From contig OZ024744.1 of NCBI GenBank assembly GCA_964016885.1, positions 6,634,001 to 6,698,000 on the forward strand: a DNA stretch of 64,000 nucleotides, given 5' to 3'. A model generated the notes under the pieces. That model had not been told where the DNA came from. It saw only the letters and a list, made by a program, of their open reading frames with translations, and searched no databases. Position 1 is the stretch's first letter. The number at the start of each line of letters is the position of its first letter. Below are positions 41,201 to 55,400 of this stretch, in pieces. Source of the stretch: Eledone cirrhosa (taxonomy: Eukaryota). Position numbers and translations under genes: made by a program.

Positions 41201-44200
41201 GTCTATTGCAGTATTGCACTGAGGTAGGTGTGGTGCAGTAACGGTTATGTCTACTGCAGTATTGCACTGATGTAGGTATGGTGCAGTAACGGTTATGTCT
41301 ACTGCAGTATTGCACTGATGTAGGTGTGGTGCAGTAACGGTTATGTCTACTGCTGTATTGCACTGATGTAGGTGTGGTGCAGTAACGGTTATGTCTACCG
41401 CATTATTGCACTGATGTAGGTGTGTTGCAGTAACGGTTATATCTAGTGCAGTATTGCACTGAGGTAGGTGTTGTGCAGTAACGGTTATTTCTACTGCAGT
41501 GCACTGATGTAGGTGTGGTGCAGTAACGGTTATGTCTACTGTAGTATTGCACTGAGGTAGGTGTGGTGCAGTAACGGTTATGTCTACTGCAGTAGTGCAC
41601 TGATGTAGGTGTGGTGCAGTAACGGTTATGTCTACTGCAATATTGCACTGATGTAGGTGTGGTGCAGTACGGTTAAATCTACTGCAGTATTGCACTGATG
41701 TAGGTGTGGTGCAGTAGCGGTTATTTCTACTGCAGTATTGCACTGATGTAGATGTGGTGCACTAACGGTTATGTCTACTGCAGTATTGCACTGATGTAGG
41801 TGTGGTGCAGTAACGGTTATGTCTACTGCAATATTGCACTAGGTAGGTGTGGTGCAGTAACGATTATGTCTACTTCAGTATTGCAATGATGTAGGTGTGG
41901 TGCAGTAACAGTTATGTCTACTGCAGTATTGCACTGATGTAGGTGTGGTGCAGTAACGGTTATGTCTACTGCAGTATTGCACTGATGTACGTGTGGTGCA
42001 GTGAAGGTTATGTCTATTGCAATATTGCACTGAGGTAGGTGTAGTGCAGTAACGGTTATTTCTACTGCAGTATTGCACTGATGTAGTTGTGGTGCAGTAA
42101 CGGTTATGTCTACTGCAGTATTGCACTGAGGTAAATGTGGTGCAGTAACGGTTATGTCTACTGCATTATTGCACTGATGTAGGTGTGGTGCAGTAACGGT
42201 TATGTCTACTGCAGTATTGCACTTAGGTAGGTGTGGTGCAGTAACAGTTATGTCTACTGCAGTATTGCACTTAGGTAGGTGTGGTGCAGTAACGGTTATG
42301 TCTACTGCAGTATTGCACTGATGTAGGTGTGGTGCAGTAACGGATATTTCTACTGCAGTTTTGCACTTAGGTAGGTGTGGTGCAGTAACGGTTATGTCTA
42401 CTGCAGTATTGCACTGATGTAGGTGTGGTGCAGTAACGGTTATTCTACTGCAGTATTGCACTGATGTAGGTGTGGTGCAGTAACGGTTATTTCTACTGCA
42501 GTATTGCACTGATGTAGGTGTGGTGCAGTAACGGTTATGTCTACTGCAGTATTGCACTGATGTAGGTGTGGTGCAGTAACGGTTATGTCTACTGCTGTAT
42601 TGCACTGATGTAGGTGTGTTGAAGTAGCGGTTATTTCTACAGCAGTATTGCACTGATGTAAATGTGGAGCACTAACGGTTATGTATACTGCAGTGTTGCA
42701 CTGAGGTAGTTGTGATGCAGTAACGGTTATGTCTACTGCAATATTGCACGAGGTAGGTGTGGTGCAGTAACGATTATGTCTACTGCAGTATTGCACTGAT
42801 GTAGGTGTGGTGCATTAACGGTTATTCTACTGCAGTATTGCACTGATGTAGGTGTGGTGCAGTAACGGTTATTTCTACTGCAGTATTGCACTGATGTAGG
42901 TGTGGTGCAGTAACGGTTATGTCTACTGCAGTATTGCACTGATGTAGGTGTGGTGCAGTAACGGTTATGTCTACTGCAGTATTACACTGATGTAGGTGTG
43001 GTGCAGTAACGATTATGTCGACTGCAGTATTACACTGAGGTAGGTGTGGTGCAGTAACAGTTATTTCTACTGCAGTATTCCACTGAGGTAGGTGTGGTAC
43101 AGTAACGGTTATGTCTACTGAAGTATTGCACTGATGTAGGTGTGGTGCAGTAACGGTTATGTCTACTGCAGTATTGCACTGATGTAGGTGTGGTGCAGTA
43201 ACGGTTATGTCTACTGCAGTATTGCACTGATGTAGGTGTGGTGCAATAACGGTTATGTCTACTGCATTATTGTACTGATGTAGGTGTGGTGCAGTAACGG
43301 TTATGTCTAGTGCAGTATTGCACTGAGGTAGGTGTGGTGCAGTAACGGATATTTCTACTGCAGTATTGCACTGATGTAGGTGTGGTGCAGTAACGGTTAT
43401 GTCTACTGTAGTATTGCACTGAGGTAGGTGTGGTGCAGTAACGGTTATATCTACTGCAGTATTGCACTGATGTAGGTGTGGTGCAGTAACGGTTATGTCT
43501 ACTGCAGTATTGCACTGATGTAGGTGTGGTGCAGTAACGGTTATGTCTACTGCATTATTGCACTGATGTAGGTATGGTGCAGTAACGGTTATGTCTACTG
43601 CAGTATTACACTGATGTAGGTGTGGTGCAGTAACGGTTATGTCTACTGCAGTATTGCACTGATGTAGGTGTAGTGCAGTAACGGCTATGTCTACTGCAGT
43701 ATTGCACTGATGTAGGTGTGGTGCTGTAACGGTTATGTCTATTGCAGTATTACACTGAGGTAGGTGTGGTGCAGTAACGGTTATGTCTACTGCAGTATTG
43801 CACTGATGTAGGTGTGGTGCAGTAACGGTTATGTCTACTGCATTATTGCACTGATGTAGGTGTGGTGCAGTAACGGTTATGTCTACTGCAGTATTACACT
43901 GATGTAGGTGTGGTGCAGTAACGGTTATGTCTATTGCAGTATTGCACTGATGTAGGTGTAGTGCAGTAACGGTTATGTCTACTGCAGTATTGCACTGATG
44001 TAGGTGTGGTGATGTAACGGTTATGTCTATTGCAGTATTGCACTGAGGTAGGTGTGGTGCAGTAACGGTTATGTCTACTGCAGTATTGCACTGATGTAGG
44101 TATGGTGCAGTAACGGTTATGTCTACTGTAGTATTGCACTGATGTAGGTGTGATGCAGTAACGGATATGTCTACTGCAGTATTGCACTGACATAGGTGTG

Positions 44201-46060
44201 GTGCAGTAACGGTTATGTCTACTGCAGTATTTCACTGATGTAGGTGTGGTGCAGTAACGGTTAAGTCTACTGCAGTATTGCACTGAAGTAAGTGTGGTGC
44301 AGTAACGGTTATGTCTACTGCAGTATTGCACTGATGTAGGTGTGGTGCTGTAAAGGTTATGTCTATTGCAGTATTGCACTGATGTAGGTGTGGTGCAGTA
44401 ACGGTTATGTCTACTGCATTATTGCACTGATGTAGATGTGGTGCAGTAACGGTTATGTCTACTGCAGTATTGCACTGAGATAGGTGTGGTACAGTAACGG
44501 TTATTTCTACTGCAGTATTGCACTGATGTAGATGTGGTGCATTAACGGTTATGTCTACTGCAGTATTGCACTGATGTAGGTGTGGTGCAGTAACAGTTAT
44601 GTCTACTGAAGTATTGCACTGATGTAGATGTGGTGCACTAACGGTTATATATACTGCAGTATTGCACTGAGGTAGTTGTGGTGCAGTGACGGTTATGTCT
44701 ATTGCAGTATTGCACTGAGGTAGGTGTGGTGCAGTAACGGTTATTTCTGCTGCAGTATTGCACTGATGTAGTTGTGGTGCAGTAACGGTTATGTCTACTG
44801 CAGTATTGTACTGATGTAGGTGTGGTGCAGTAACGGTTATGTCTACTGCAGTATTACACTTAGGTAGGTGTGGTGCAGTAACAGTTATGTCTACTGCAGT
44901 ATTGCACTTAGGTAGGTGTGGTGCAGTAACGGTTATGTCTACTGCAGTATTGCACTGATGTAGGTGTGGTGCAGTAACGGATATTTCTACTGCAGTATTG
45001 CACTTAGGTAGGTGTGCTGCAGTAACGGTTATGTCTACTGCAGTATTGCACTGATGTAGGTGTGGTGCAGTAACGGTTATGTCTACTGCATTATTGCACT
45101 GAGTTAGGTGTGGTGCAGTAACGATTATGTCGACTGCAGTATTACACTGATGTAGGTGTGGTGCAGTAACGGTTATGTCTACTGCAGTATTGCACTGATG
45201 TAGGTGTAGTGCAGTAACGGTTATGTCTACTGCAGTATTGCACTGATGTAGGTGTGGTGCTGTAACGGTTATGTCTATTGCAGTATTGCACTGAGGTAGG
45301 TGTGGTGCAGTAACGGTTATGTCTACTGCAGTATTGCACTGATGTAGGTATGGTGCAGTAACGGTTATGTCTACTGCAGTATTGCACTTATGTAGGTGTG
45401 GTGCAGTAACGGTTATGTCTACTGCTGTATTGCACTGATGTAGGTGTGGTGCAGTAACGGTTATGTCTACCGCATTATTGCACTGATGTAGGTGTGTTGC
45501 AGTAACGGTTATGTCTAGTGCAGTATTGTACTGAGGTAGGTGTTGTGCAGTAACGGTTATTTCTACTGCAGTATTGCACTGATGTAGGTGTGGTGCAGTA
45601 ACGGTTATGTCTACTGTAGTATTGCACTGAGGTAGGTGTGGTGCAGTAACGGTTATGTCTACTGCATTATTGCACTGATGTAGGTGTGGTGCAGTAACGG
45701 TTATGTCTACTGCAATATTGCACTGATGTAGGTGTGGTGCAGTACGGTTAAATCTACTGCAGTATTGCACTGATGTAGGTGTGGTGCAGTAGCGGTTATT
45801 TCTACTGCAGTATTGCACTGATGTAGATGTGGTGCACTAACGGTTATATATACTGCAGTATTGCACTGAGGTAGTTGTGGTGCAGTAACGGTTATGTCTA
45901 CTGCAATATTGCACTAGGTAGGTGTGGTGCAGTAACGATTATGTCTACTTCAGTATTGCAATGATGTAGGTGTGGTGCAGTAACAGTTATGTCTACTGAA
46001 GTATTGCACTGATGTAGATGTGGTGCACTAACGGTTATATATACTGCAGTATTGCACTGA
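18010..46060. repeat. Large duplication, ~18010-29240 vs ~34878-46060 (offset 16868, then 16820)
   Basis: ORF pairs 18592/35460, 19868/36736, 21323/38191, 23244/40112, 24955/41823 and 27026/43894 are offset by 16868. After loss of one monomer near 44300 the offset is 16820 (28322/45142). Homology extends left to ~15.2 kb at offsets 16148 and 15717. Confidence 0.92.
32430..38000. repeat. Tandem duplication of a 54-monomer block, period 2587 bp
   Basis: ORF pairs 32873/35460, 33079/35666, 33533/36120, 33964/36551, 34149/36736 and 34690/37277 are offset by 2587 (54x48 minus 5). Confidence 0.9.
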
Positions 46061-46262
46061 TGTAGGTGTGGTGCAGTAACGGTTATGTCTACTGCAGTAT
46101 TGCACTTAGGTAGGTGTGGTGCAGTAACGGTTATGTCTACTGCAGTATTGCACTGATGTAGGTGTGGTGCAGTAACGGTTATGTCTACTGCATTATTGCA
46201 CTGAGTTAGGTGTGGTGCAGTAACGATTATGTCGACTGCAGTATTACACTGATGTAGGTGTT

Positions 46263-49200
46263 GTGCAGTAACGGTTATGTCTACTGCAGTATTGCACTGA
46301 TGTAGGTGTAGTGCAGTAACGGTTATGTCTACTGCAGTATTGCACTGATGTAGGTGTGGTGCTGTAACGGTTATGTCTATTGCAGTATTGCACTGAGGTA
46401 GGTGTGGTGCAGTAACGGTTATGTCTACTGCAGTATTGCACTGATGTAGGTATGGTGCAGTAACGGTTATGTCTACTGCAGTATTGCACTTATGTAGGTG
46501 TGGTGCAGTAACGGTTATGTCTACTGCTGTATTGCACTGATGTAGGTGTGGTGCAGTAACGGTTATGTCTACCGCATTATTGCACTGATGTAGGTGTGTT
46601 GCAGTAACGGTTATGTCTAGTGCAGTATTGTACTGAGGTAGGTGTTGTGCAGTAGCGGTTATTTCTACTGCAGTATTGCACTGATGTAGATGTGGTGCAC
46701 TAACGGTTATATATACTGCAGTATTGCACTGAGGTAGTTGTGGTGCAGTAACGGTTATGTCTACTGCAATATTGCACTAGGTAGGTGTGGTGCAGTAACG
46801 ATTATGTCTACTTCAGTATTGCAATGATGTAGGTGTGGTGCAGTAACAGTTATGTCTACTGAAGTATTGCACTGATGTAGATGTGGTGCACTAACGGTTA
46901 TATATACTGCAGTATTGCACTGAGGTAGTTGTGGTGCAGTGACGGTTATGTCTATTGCAGTATTGCACTGAGGTAGGTGTGGTGCAGTAACGGTTATTTC
47001 TGCTGCAGTATTGCACTGATGTAGTTGTGGTGCAGTAACGGTTATGTCCACTGCAGTATTGTACTGATGTAGGTGTGGTGCAGTAACGGTTATGTCTACT
47101 GCAGTATTGCACTTAGGTAGGTGTGGTGCAGTAACGGTTATGTCTACTGCAGTATTGCACTGATGTAGGTGTGGTGCAGTAACGGATATTTCTACTGCAG
47201 TATTGCACTTAGGTAGGTGTGCTGCAGTAACGGTTCTGTCTACTGCAGTATTGCACTGATGTAGGTGTGGTGCAGTAACGGTTATGTCTACTGCATTATT
47301 GCACTGAGTTAGGTGTGGTGCAGTAACGATTATGTCGACTGCAGTATTACACTGATGTAGGTGTGGTGCAGTAACGGTTATGTCTACTGCAGTATTGCAC
47401 TGATGTAGGTGTAGTGCAGTAACGGTTATGTCTACTGCAGTATTGCACTGATGTAGGTGTGGTGCTGTAACGGTTATGTCTATTGCAGTATTGCACTGAG
47501 GTAGGTGTGGTGCAGTAACGGTTATGTCTACTGCAGTATTGCACTGAGGTAGGTGTGGTGCAGTAACGGTTATGTCTATTGCAGTATTGCACTGATGTAG
47601 GTGTGGTGCAGTAACGGTTATTCTACTGCAGTATTGCACTGATGTAGGTGTGGTGCAGTAACGGTTATTTCTACTGCAGTATTGCACTGATGTAGGTGTG
47701 GTGCAGTAACGGATATTTCTACTGCAGTATTGCACTTAGGTAGGTGTGCTGCAGTAACGGTTATGTCTACTGCAGTATTGCACTGATGTAGGTGTGGTGC
47801 AGTAACGGTTATGTCTACTGCATTATTGCACTGAGTTAGGTGTGGTGCAGTAACGATTATGTCGACTGCAGTATTACACTGATGTAGGTGTGGTGCAGTA
47901 ACGGTTATGTCTACTGCAGTATTGCACTGATGTAGGTGTAGTGCAGTAACGGTTATGTCTACTGCAGTATTGCACTGATGTAGGTGTGGTGCTGTAACGG
48001 TTATGTCTATTGCAGTATTGCACTGAGGTAGGTGTGGTGCAGTAACGGTTATGTCTACTGCAGTATTGCACTGATGTAGGTATGGTGCAGTAACGGTTAT
48101 GTCTACTGCAGTATTGCACTTATGTAGGTGTGGTGCAGTAACGGTTATGTCTACTGCTGTATTGCACTGATGTAGGTGTGGTGCAGTAACGGTTATGTCT
48201 ACCGCATTATTGCACTGATGTAGGTGTGTTGCAGTAACGGTTATGTCTAGTGCAGTATTGTACTGAGGTAGGTGTTGTGCAGTAACGGTTATTTCTACTG
48301 CAGTATTGCACTGATGTAGGTGTGGTGCAGTAACGGTTATGTCTACTGTAGTATTGCACTGAGGTAGGTGTGGTGCAGTAACGGTTATGTCTACTGCATT
48401 ATTGCACTGATGTAGGTGTGGTGCAGTAACGGTTATGTCTACTGCAATATTGCACTGATGTAGGTGTGGTGCAGTACGGTTAAATCTACTGCAGTATTGC
48501 ACTGATGTAGGTGTGGTGCAGTAGCGGTTATTTCTACTGCAGTATTGCACTGATGTAGATGTGGTGCACTAACGGTTATATATACTGCAGTATTGCACTG
48601 AGGTAGTTGTGGTGCAGTAACGGTTATGTCTACTGCAATATTGCACTAGGTAGGTGTGGTGCAGTAACGATTATGTCTACTTCAGTATTGCAATGATGTA
48701 GGTGTGGTGCAGTAACAGTTATGTCTACTGAAGTATTGCACTGATGTAGATGTGGTGCACTAACGGTTATATATACTGCAGTATTGCACTGAGGTAGTTG
48801 TGGTGCAGTGACGGTTATGTCTATTGCAGTATTGCACTGAGGTAGGTGTGGTGCAGTAACGGTTATTTCTGCTGCAGTATTGCACTGATGTAGTTGTGGT
48901 GCAGTAACGGTTATGTCCACTGCAGTATTGTACTGATGTAGGTGTGGTGCAGTAACGGTTATGTCTACTGCAGTATTGCACTTAGGTAGGTGTGGTGCAG
49001 TAACGGTTATGTCTACTGCAGTATTGCACTGATGTAGGTGTGGTGCAGTAACGGATATTTCTACTGCAGTATTGCACTTAGGTAGGTGTGCTGCAGTAAC
49101 GGTTATGTCTACTGCAGTATTGCACTGATGTAGGTGTGGTGCAGTAACGGTTATGTCTACTGCATTATTGCACTGAGTTAGGTGTGGTGCAGTAACGATT

Positions 49201-49490
49201 ATGTCGACTGCAGTATTACACTGATGTAGGTGTGGTGCAGTAACGGTTATGTCTACTGCAGTATTGCACTGATGTAGGTGTAGTGCAGTAACGGTTATGT
49301 CTACTGCAGTATTGCACTGATGTAGGTGTGGTGCTGTAACGGTTATGTCTATTGCAGTATTGCACTGAGGTAGGTGTGGTGCAGTAACGGTTATGTCTAC
49401 TGCAGTATTGCACTGAGGTAGGTGTGGTGCAGTAACGGTTATGTCTATTGCAGTATTGCACTGATGTAGGTGTGGTGCAGTAACGGTTAT
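46263..49490. repeat. Tandem copies of a 1869-bp (39-monomer) block, first copy lacking 239 bp; related copies at ~28.15-30.95 kb
   Basis: Offsets are 1630 (46244/47874) then 1869 (46761/48630, 46891/48760). The same two offsets occur at 28322/30191 and 29078/30708. There is an internal 527-bp offset (29664/30191, 47347/47874). Confidence 0.8.
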
Positions 49491-52400
49491 GTCTAGTGCA
49501 GTATTGCACTGAGGTAGGTGTGGTGCAGTAACGGTTATTTCTACTGCAGTATTGCACTGATGTAGGTGTGGTGCAGTAACAGTTATGTCTACTGTAGTAT
49601 TGCACTGAGGTAGGTGTGGTGCAGTAACGGTTATGTCTACTGCAGTATTGCACTGATGTAGGTGTGGTGCAGTAACGGTTATGTCTACTGCAGTATTCCA
49701 TTGATGTAGGTGTGATGCAGTAACGGTTATGTCTACTGCAGTATTGCACTGATGTAGGTGTGGTGAAGTAGCGGTTATTTCTACAGCAGTATTGCACTGA
49801 TGTAGATGTGGTGCACTAACGGTTATGTCTACTGCAGTGTTGCACTGAGGTAGTTGTGGTGCAGTAACGGTTATGTCTACTGTAGTATTGCACTGAGGTA
49901 GGTGTGGTGCAGTAACGGTTATGTCTACTGCAGTATTGCACTGATGTAGGTGTGGTGCAGTAACGGTTATGTCTACTGCAGTATTGCACTGATGTAGGGG
50001 TGATGCAGTACGGTTAAATCTACTGCAGTATTGCACTGATGTAGGTGTGGTGCAGTAGCGGATATTTCTACTGCAGTATTGCACTGATGTAGGTGTGGTG
50101 CAGTAACGGTTATGTCTACTGCAGTATTGCACTGATGTAGGTGTGGTGCAGTAACGGTTATGTCTACTGCATTATTGTACTGATGTAGGTATGGTGCAGT
50201 AACGGTTATGTCTACTGCAGTTTTACACTGATGTAGGTGTGGTGCAATAACGGTTATGTCTACTGCAGTATTGCACTGATGTAGGTGTAGTGCAGTAACG
50301 GCTATGTCTACTGCAGTATTGCACTGATGTAGGTGTGGTGCTGTAACGGTTATGTCTATTGCAGTATTACACTGAGGTAGGTGTGGTGCAGTATCGGTTA
50401 TGTCTACTGCAGTATTGCACTGATGTAGGTGTGGTGCAGTAACGGTTATGTCTACTGCATTATTGCACTGATGTAGGTGTGGTGCAGTAGCGGTTATTTC
50501 TACTGCAGTATTGCACTGATGTAGGTGTGGTGCAGTAACGGTTATGTCTACTGCAGTATTGCACTGATGTAGGTGTGGTGCAGTAACGGTTATTTCTACT
50601 GCAGTATTGCACTGATGTAGGTGTGGTGCAGTAACGGTTATGTCTACTGCAGTATTGCACTGATGTAGGTGTGGTGCAGTAACGGTTATGTCTACTGCAT
50701 TATTGCACTGAGGTAGGTGTGGTGCAGTAACGGTTATTTCTACTGCAGTATTGCACTGATGTAGATGTGGTGCTGTAACGGTTATATATACTGCAGTATT
50801 GCACTGAGGTAGTTGTGGTGCAGTAACGGTTATGTCTACTGCAATGTTGCACTAGTTAGGTGTGGTGCAGTAACGATTATGTCTACTGCAGTATTGCACT
50901 GATGTAGGTGTGGTGCAGTAACAGTTATGTCTACTGCAGTATTGCACTGATGTAGGTGTGGTGCATTAACGGTTATGTCTACTGCAGTATTGCACTGATG
51001 TACGTGTGGTGCAGTGAAGGTTATGTCTATTGCAGTATTGCACTGAGGTAGGTGTGGTGCAGTAACGGTTATTTCTACGGCAGTATTGCACTGATGTAGT
51101 TGTGGTGCAGTAACGGTTATGTCTACTGCAGTATTGCACTGATGTAGGTGTAGTGCAGTAACGGCTATGTCTACTGCAGTATTGCACTGATGTAGGTGTA
51201 GTGCAGTAACGGCTATGCCTACTGCAGTATTGCACTGATGTAGGTGTGGTGCTGTAACGGTTATGTCTATTGCAGTATTACACTGAGGTAGGTGTGGTGC
51301 AGTATCGGTTATGTCTACTGCAGTATTGCACTGATGTAGGTGTGGTGCAGTAACGGTTATGTCTACTGCATTATTGCACTGATGTAGGTGTGGTGCAGTA
51401 GCGGTTATTTCTACTGCAGTATTGCACTGATGTAGGTGTGGTGCAGTAACGGTTATGTCTACTGCAGTATTGCACTGATGTAGGTGTGGTGCAGTAACGG
51501 TTATGTCTACTGCATTATTGCACTGATGTAGGTATGGTGCAGTAACGGTTATGTCTACTGCAGTATTACACTGATGTAGGTGTGGTGCAGTAACGGTTAT
51601 GTCTACTGCAGTATTGCACTGATGTAGGTGTAGTGCAGTAACGGTTATGTCTACTGCAGTATTGCACTGATGTAGGTGTGGTGCTGTAACGGTTATGTCT
51701 ATTGCAGTATTGCACTGAGGTAGGTGTGGTGCAGTAACGGTTATGTCTACTGCAGTATTGCACTGATGTAGCTATGGTGCAGTAACGGTTATGTCTACCG
51801 CATTATTGCACTGATGTAGGTGTGGTGCAGTAACGGTTATGTCTAGTGCAGTATTGCACTGAGGTAGGTGTGGTGCAGTAACGGTTATTTCTACTGCAGT
51901 ATTGCACTGATGTAGGTGTGGTGCAGTAACGGTTATGTCTACTGTAGTATTGCACTGAGGTAGGTGTGGTGCAGTAACGGTTATGTCTACTGCAGTATTG
52001 CACTGAGGTAGGTGTGGTGCAGTAACGGTTATGTCTACTGCAGTATTGCACTGATGTAGCTAAGGTGCAGTAACGGTTATGTCAACTGCATTATTGCACT
52101 GATGTAGGTGTGGTGCAGTAACGGTTATGTCTAGTGCAGTATTGCACTGATGTAGGTGTGATGCAGTAACGGATATGTCTACTGCAGTATTGCACTGAGA
52201 TAGGTGTGGTGCAGTAACGGTTATGTCTACTGCAGTATTTCACTGATGTAGGTGTGGTGCTGTAAAGTTTATGTCTATTGCAGTATTGCACTGATGTAGG
52301 TGTGGTGCAGTAACGGTTATGTCTACTGCATTATTGCACTGATGTAGATGTGGTGCAGTAACGGTTATGTCTACTGCAGTATTGCACTGAGATAGGTGTG

Positions 52401-55400
52401 GTGCATTAACGGTTATGTCTACTGCAGTATTGCACTGATGTAGGTGTGGTGCAGTAACAGTTATGTCTACTGAAGTATTGCACTGATGTAGATGTGGTGC
52501 ACTAACGGTTATATATACTGCAGTATTGCACTGAGGTAGTTGTGGTGCAGTGACGGTTATGTCTATTGCAGTATTGCACTGAGGTAGGTGTGGTGCAGTA
52601 ACGGTTATTTCTGCTGCAGTATTGCACTGATGTAGTTGTGGTGCAGTAACGGTTATGTCTACTGCAGTATTGCACTGAGGTAAATGTGGTGCAGTAACGG
52701 TTATGTCTACTGCATTATTGTACTGATGTAGGTGTGGTGCAGTAACGGTTATGTCTACTGCAGTATTGCACTTAGGTAGGTGTGGTGCAGTAACAGTTAT
52801 GTCTACTGCAGTATTGCACTTAGGTAGGTGTGGTGCAGTAACGGTTATGTCTACTGCAGTATTGCACTGATGTAGGTGTGGTGCAGTAACGGATATTTCT
52901 ACTGCAGTATTGCACTTAGGTAGGTGTGGTGCAGTAACGGTTATGTCAACTGCAGTATTGCACTGATGTAGGAGTGGTGCAGTAACGGTTATGTCTACTG
53001 CAGTATTGCACTGAGTTAGGTGTGGTGCAGTAACGATTATGTCGACTGCAGTATTACACTGATGTAGGTGTGGTGCAGTAACGGTTATGTCTACTGCAGT
53101 ATTGCACTGATGTAGGTGTAGTGCAGTAACGGTTATGTCTACTGCAGTATTGCACTGATGTAGGTGTGGTGCTGTAACGGTTATGTCTATTGCAGTATTG
53201 CACTGAGGTAGGTGTGGTGCAGTAACGGTTATGTCTACTGCAGTATTGCACTGATGTAGGTATGGTGCAGTAACGGTTATGTCTACTGCAGTATTGCACT
53301 GATGTAGGTGTGGTGCAGTAACGGTTATGTCTACTGCTGTATTGCACTGATGTAGGTGTGGTGCAGTAACGGTTATGTCTACCGCATTATTGCACTGATG
53401 TAGGTGTGTTGCAGTAACGGTTATGTCTAGTGCAGTATTGCACTGAGGTAGGTGTTGTGCAGTAACGGTTATTTCTACTGCAGTGCACTGATGTAGGTGT
53501 GGTGCAGTAACGGTTATGTCTACTGTAGTATTGCACTGAGGTAGGTGTGGTGCAGTAACGGTTATGTCTACTGCAGTAGTGCACTGATGTAGGTGTGGTG
53601 CAGTAACGGTTATGTCTACTGCAATATTGCACTGATGTAGGTGTGGTGCAGTACGGTTAAATCTACTGCAGTATTGCACTGATGTAGGTGTGGTGCAGTA
53701 GCGGTTATTTCTACTGCAGTATTGCACTGACGTAGATGTGGTGCACTAACGGTTATGTCTACTGCAGTATTGCACTGATGTAGGTGTGGTGCAGTAACGA
53801 TTATGTCTACTTCAGTATTGCAATGATGTAGGTGTGGTGCAGTAACAGTTATGTCTACTGCAGTATTGCACTGCTGTAGGTGTGGTGCAGTAACGGTTAT
53901 GTCTACTGCAGTATTGCACTGATGTAGGTGTAGTGCAGTAACGGTTATGTCTACTGCAGTATTGCACTGATGTAGGTGTGGTGCTGTAACGGTTATGTCT
54001 ATTGCAGTATTGCACTGAGGTAGGTGTGGTGCAGTAACGGTTATGTCTACTGCAGTATTGCACTGATGTAGGTATGGTGCAGTAACGGTTATGTCTACTG
54101 CAGTATTGCACTTATGTAGGTGTGGTGCAGTAACGGTTATGTCTACTGCTGTATTGCACTGATGTAGGTGTGGTGCAGTAACGGTTATGTCTACCGCATT
54201 ATTGCACTGATGTAGGTGTGTTGCAGTAACGGTTATGTCTAGTGCAGTATTGTACTGAGGTAGGTGTTGTGCAGTAGCGGTTATTTCTACTGCAGTATTG
54301 CACTGATGTAGATGTGGTGCACTAACGGTTATATATACTGCAGTATTGCACTGAGGTAGTTGTGGTGCAGTAACGGTTATGTCTACTGCAATATTGCACT
54401 AGGTAGGTGTGGTGCAGTAACGATTATGTCTACTTCAGTATTGCAATGATGTAGGTGTGGTGCAGTAACAGTTATGTCTACTGAAGTATTGCACTGATGT
54501 AGATGTGGTGCACTAACGGTTATATATACTGCAGTATTGCACTGAGGTAGTTGTGGTGCAGTGACGGTTATGTCTATTGCAGTATTGCACTGAGGTAGGT
54601 GTGGTGCAGTAACGGTTATTTCTGCTGCAGTATTGCACTGATGTAGTTGTGGTGCAGTAACGGTTATGTCCACTGCAGTATTGTACTGATGTAGGTGTGG
54701 TGCAGTAACGGTTATGTCTACTGCAGTATTGCACTTAGGTAGGTGTGGTGCAGTAACGGTTATGTCTACTGCAGTATTGCACTGATGTAGGTGTGGTGCA
54801 GTAACGGATATTTCTACTGCAGTATTGCACTTAGGTAGGTGTGCTGCAGTAACGGTTCTGTCTACTGCAGTATTGCACTGATGTAGGTGTGGTGCAGTAA
54901 CGGTTATGTCTACTGCATTATTGCACTGAGTTAGGTGTGGTGCAGTAACGATTATGTCGACTGCAGTATTACACTGATGTAGGTGTGGTGCAGTAACGGT
55001 TATGTCTACTGCAGTATTGCACTGATGTAGGTGTAGTGCAGTAACGGTTATGTCTACTGCAGTATTGCACTGATGTAGGTGTGGTGCTGTAACGGTTATG
55101 TCTATTGCAGTATTGCACTGAGGTAGGTGTGGTGCAGTAACGGTTATGTCTACTGCAGTATTGCACTGAGGTAGGTGTGGTGCAGTAACGGTTATGTCTA
55201 TTGCAGTATTGCACTGATGTAGGTGTGGTGCAGTAACGGTTATTCTACTGCAGTATTGCACTGATGTAGGTGTGGTGCAGTAACGGTTATTTCTACTGCA
55301 GTATTGCACTGATGTAGGTGTGGTGCAGTAACGGATATTTCTACTGCAGTATTGCACTTAGGTAGGTGTGCTGCAGTAACGGTTATGTCTACTGCAGTAT

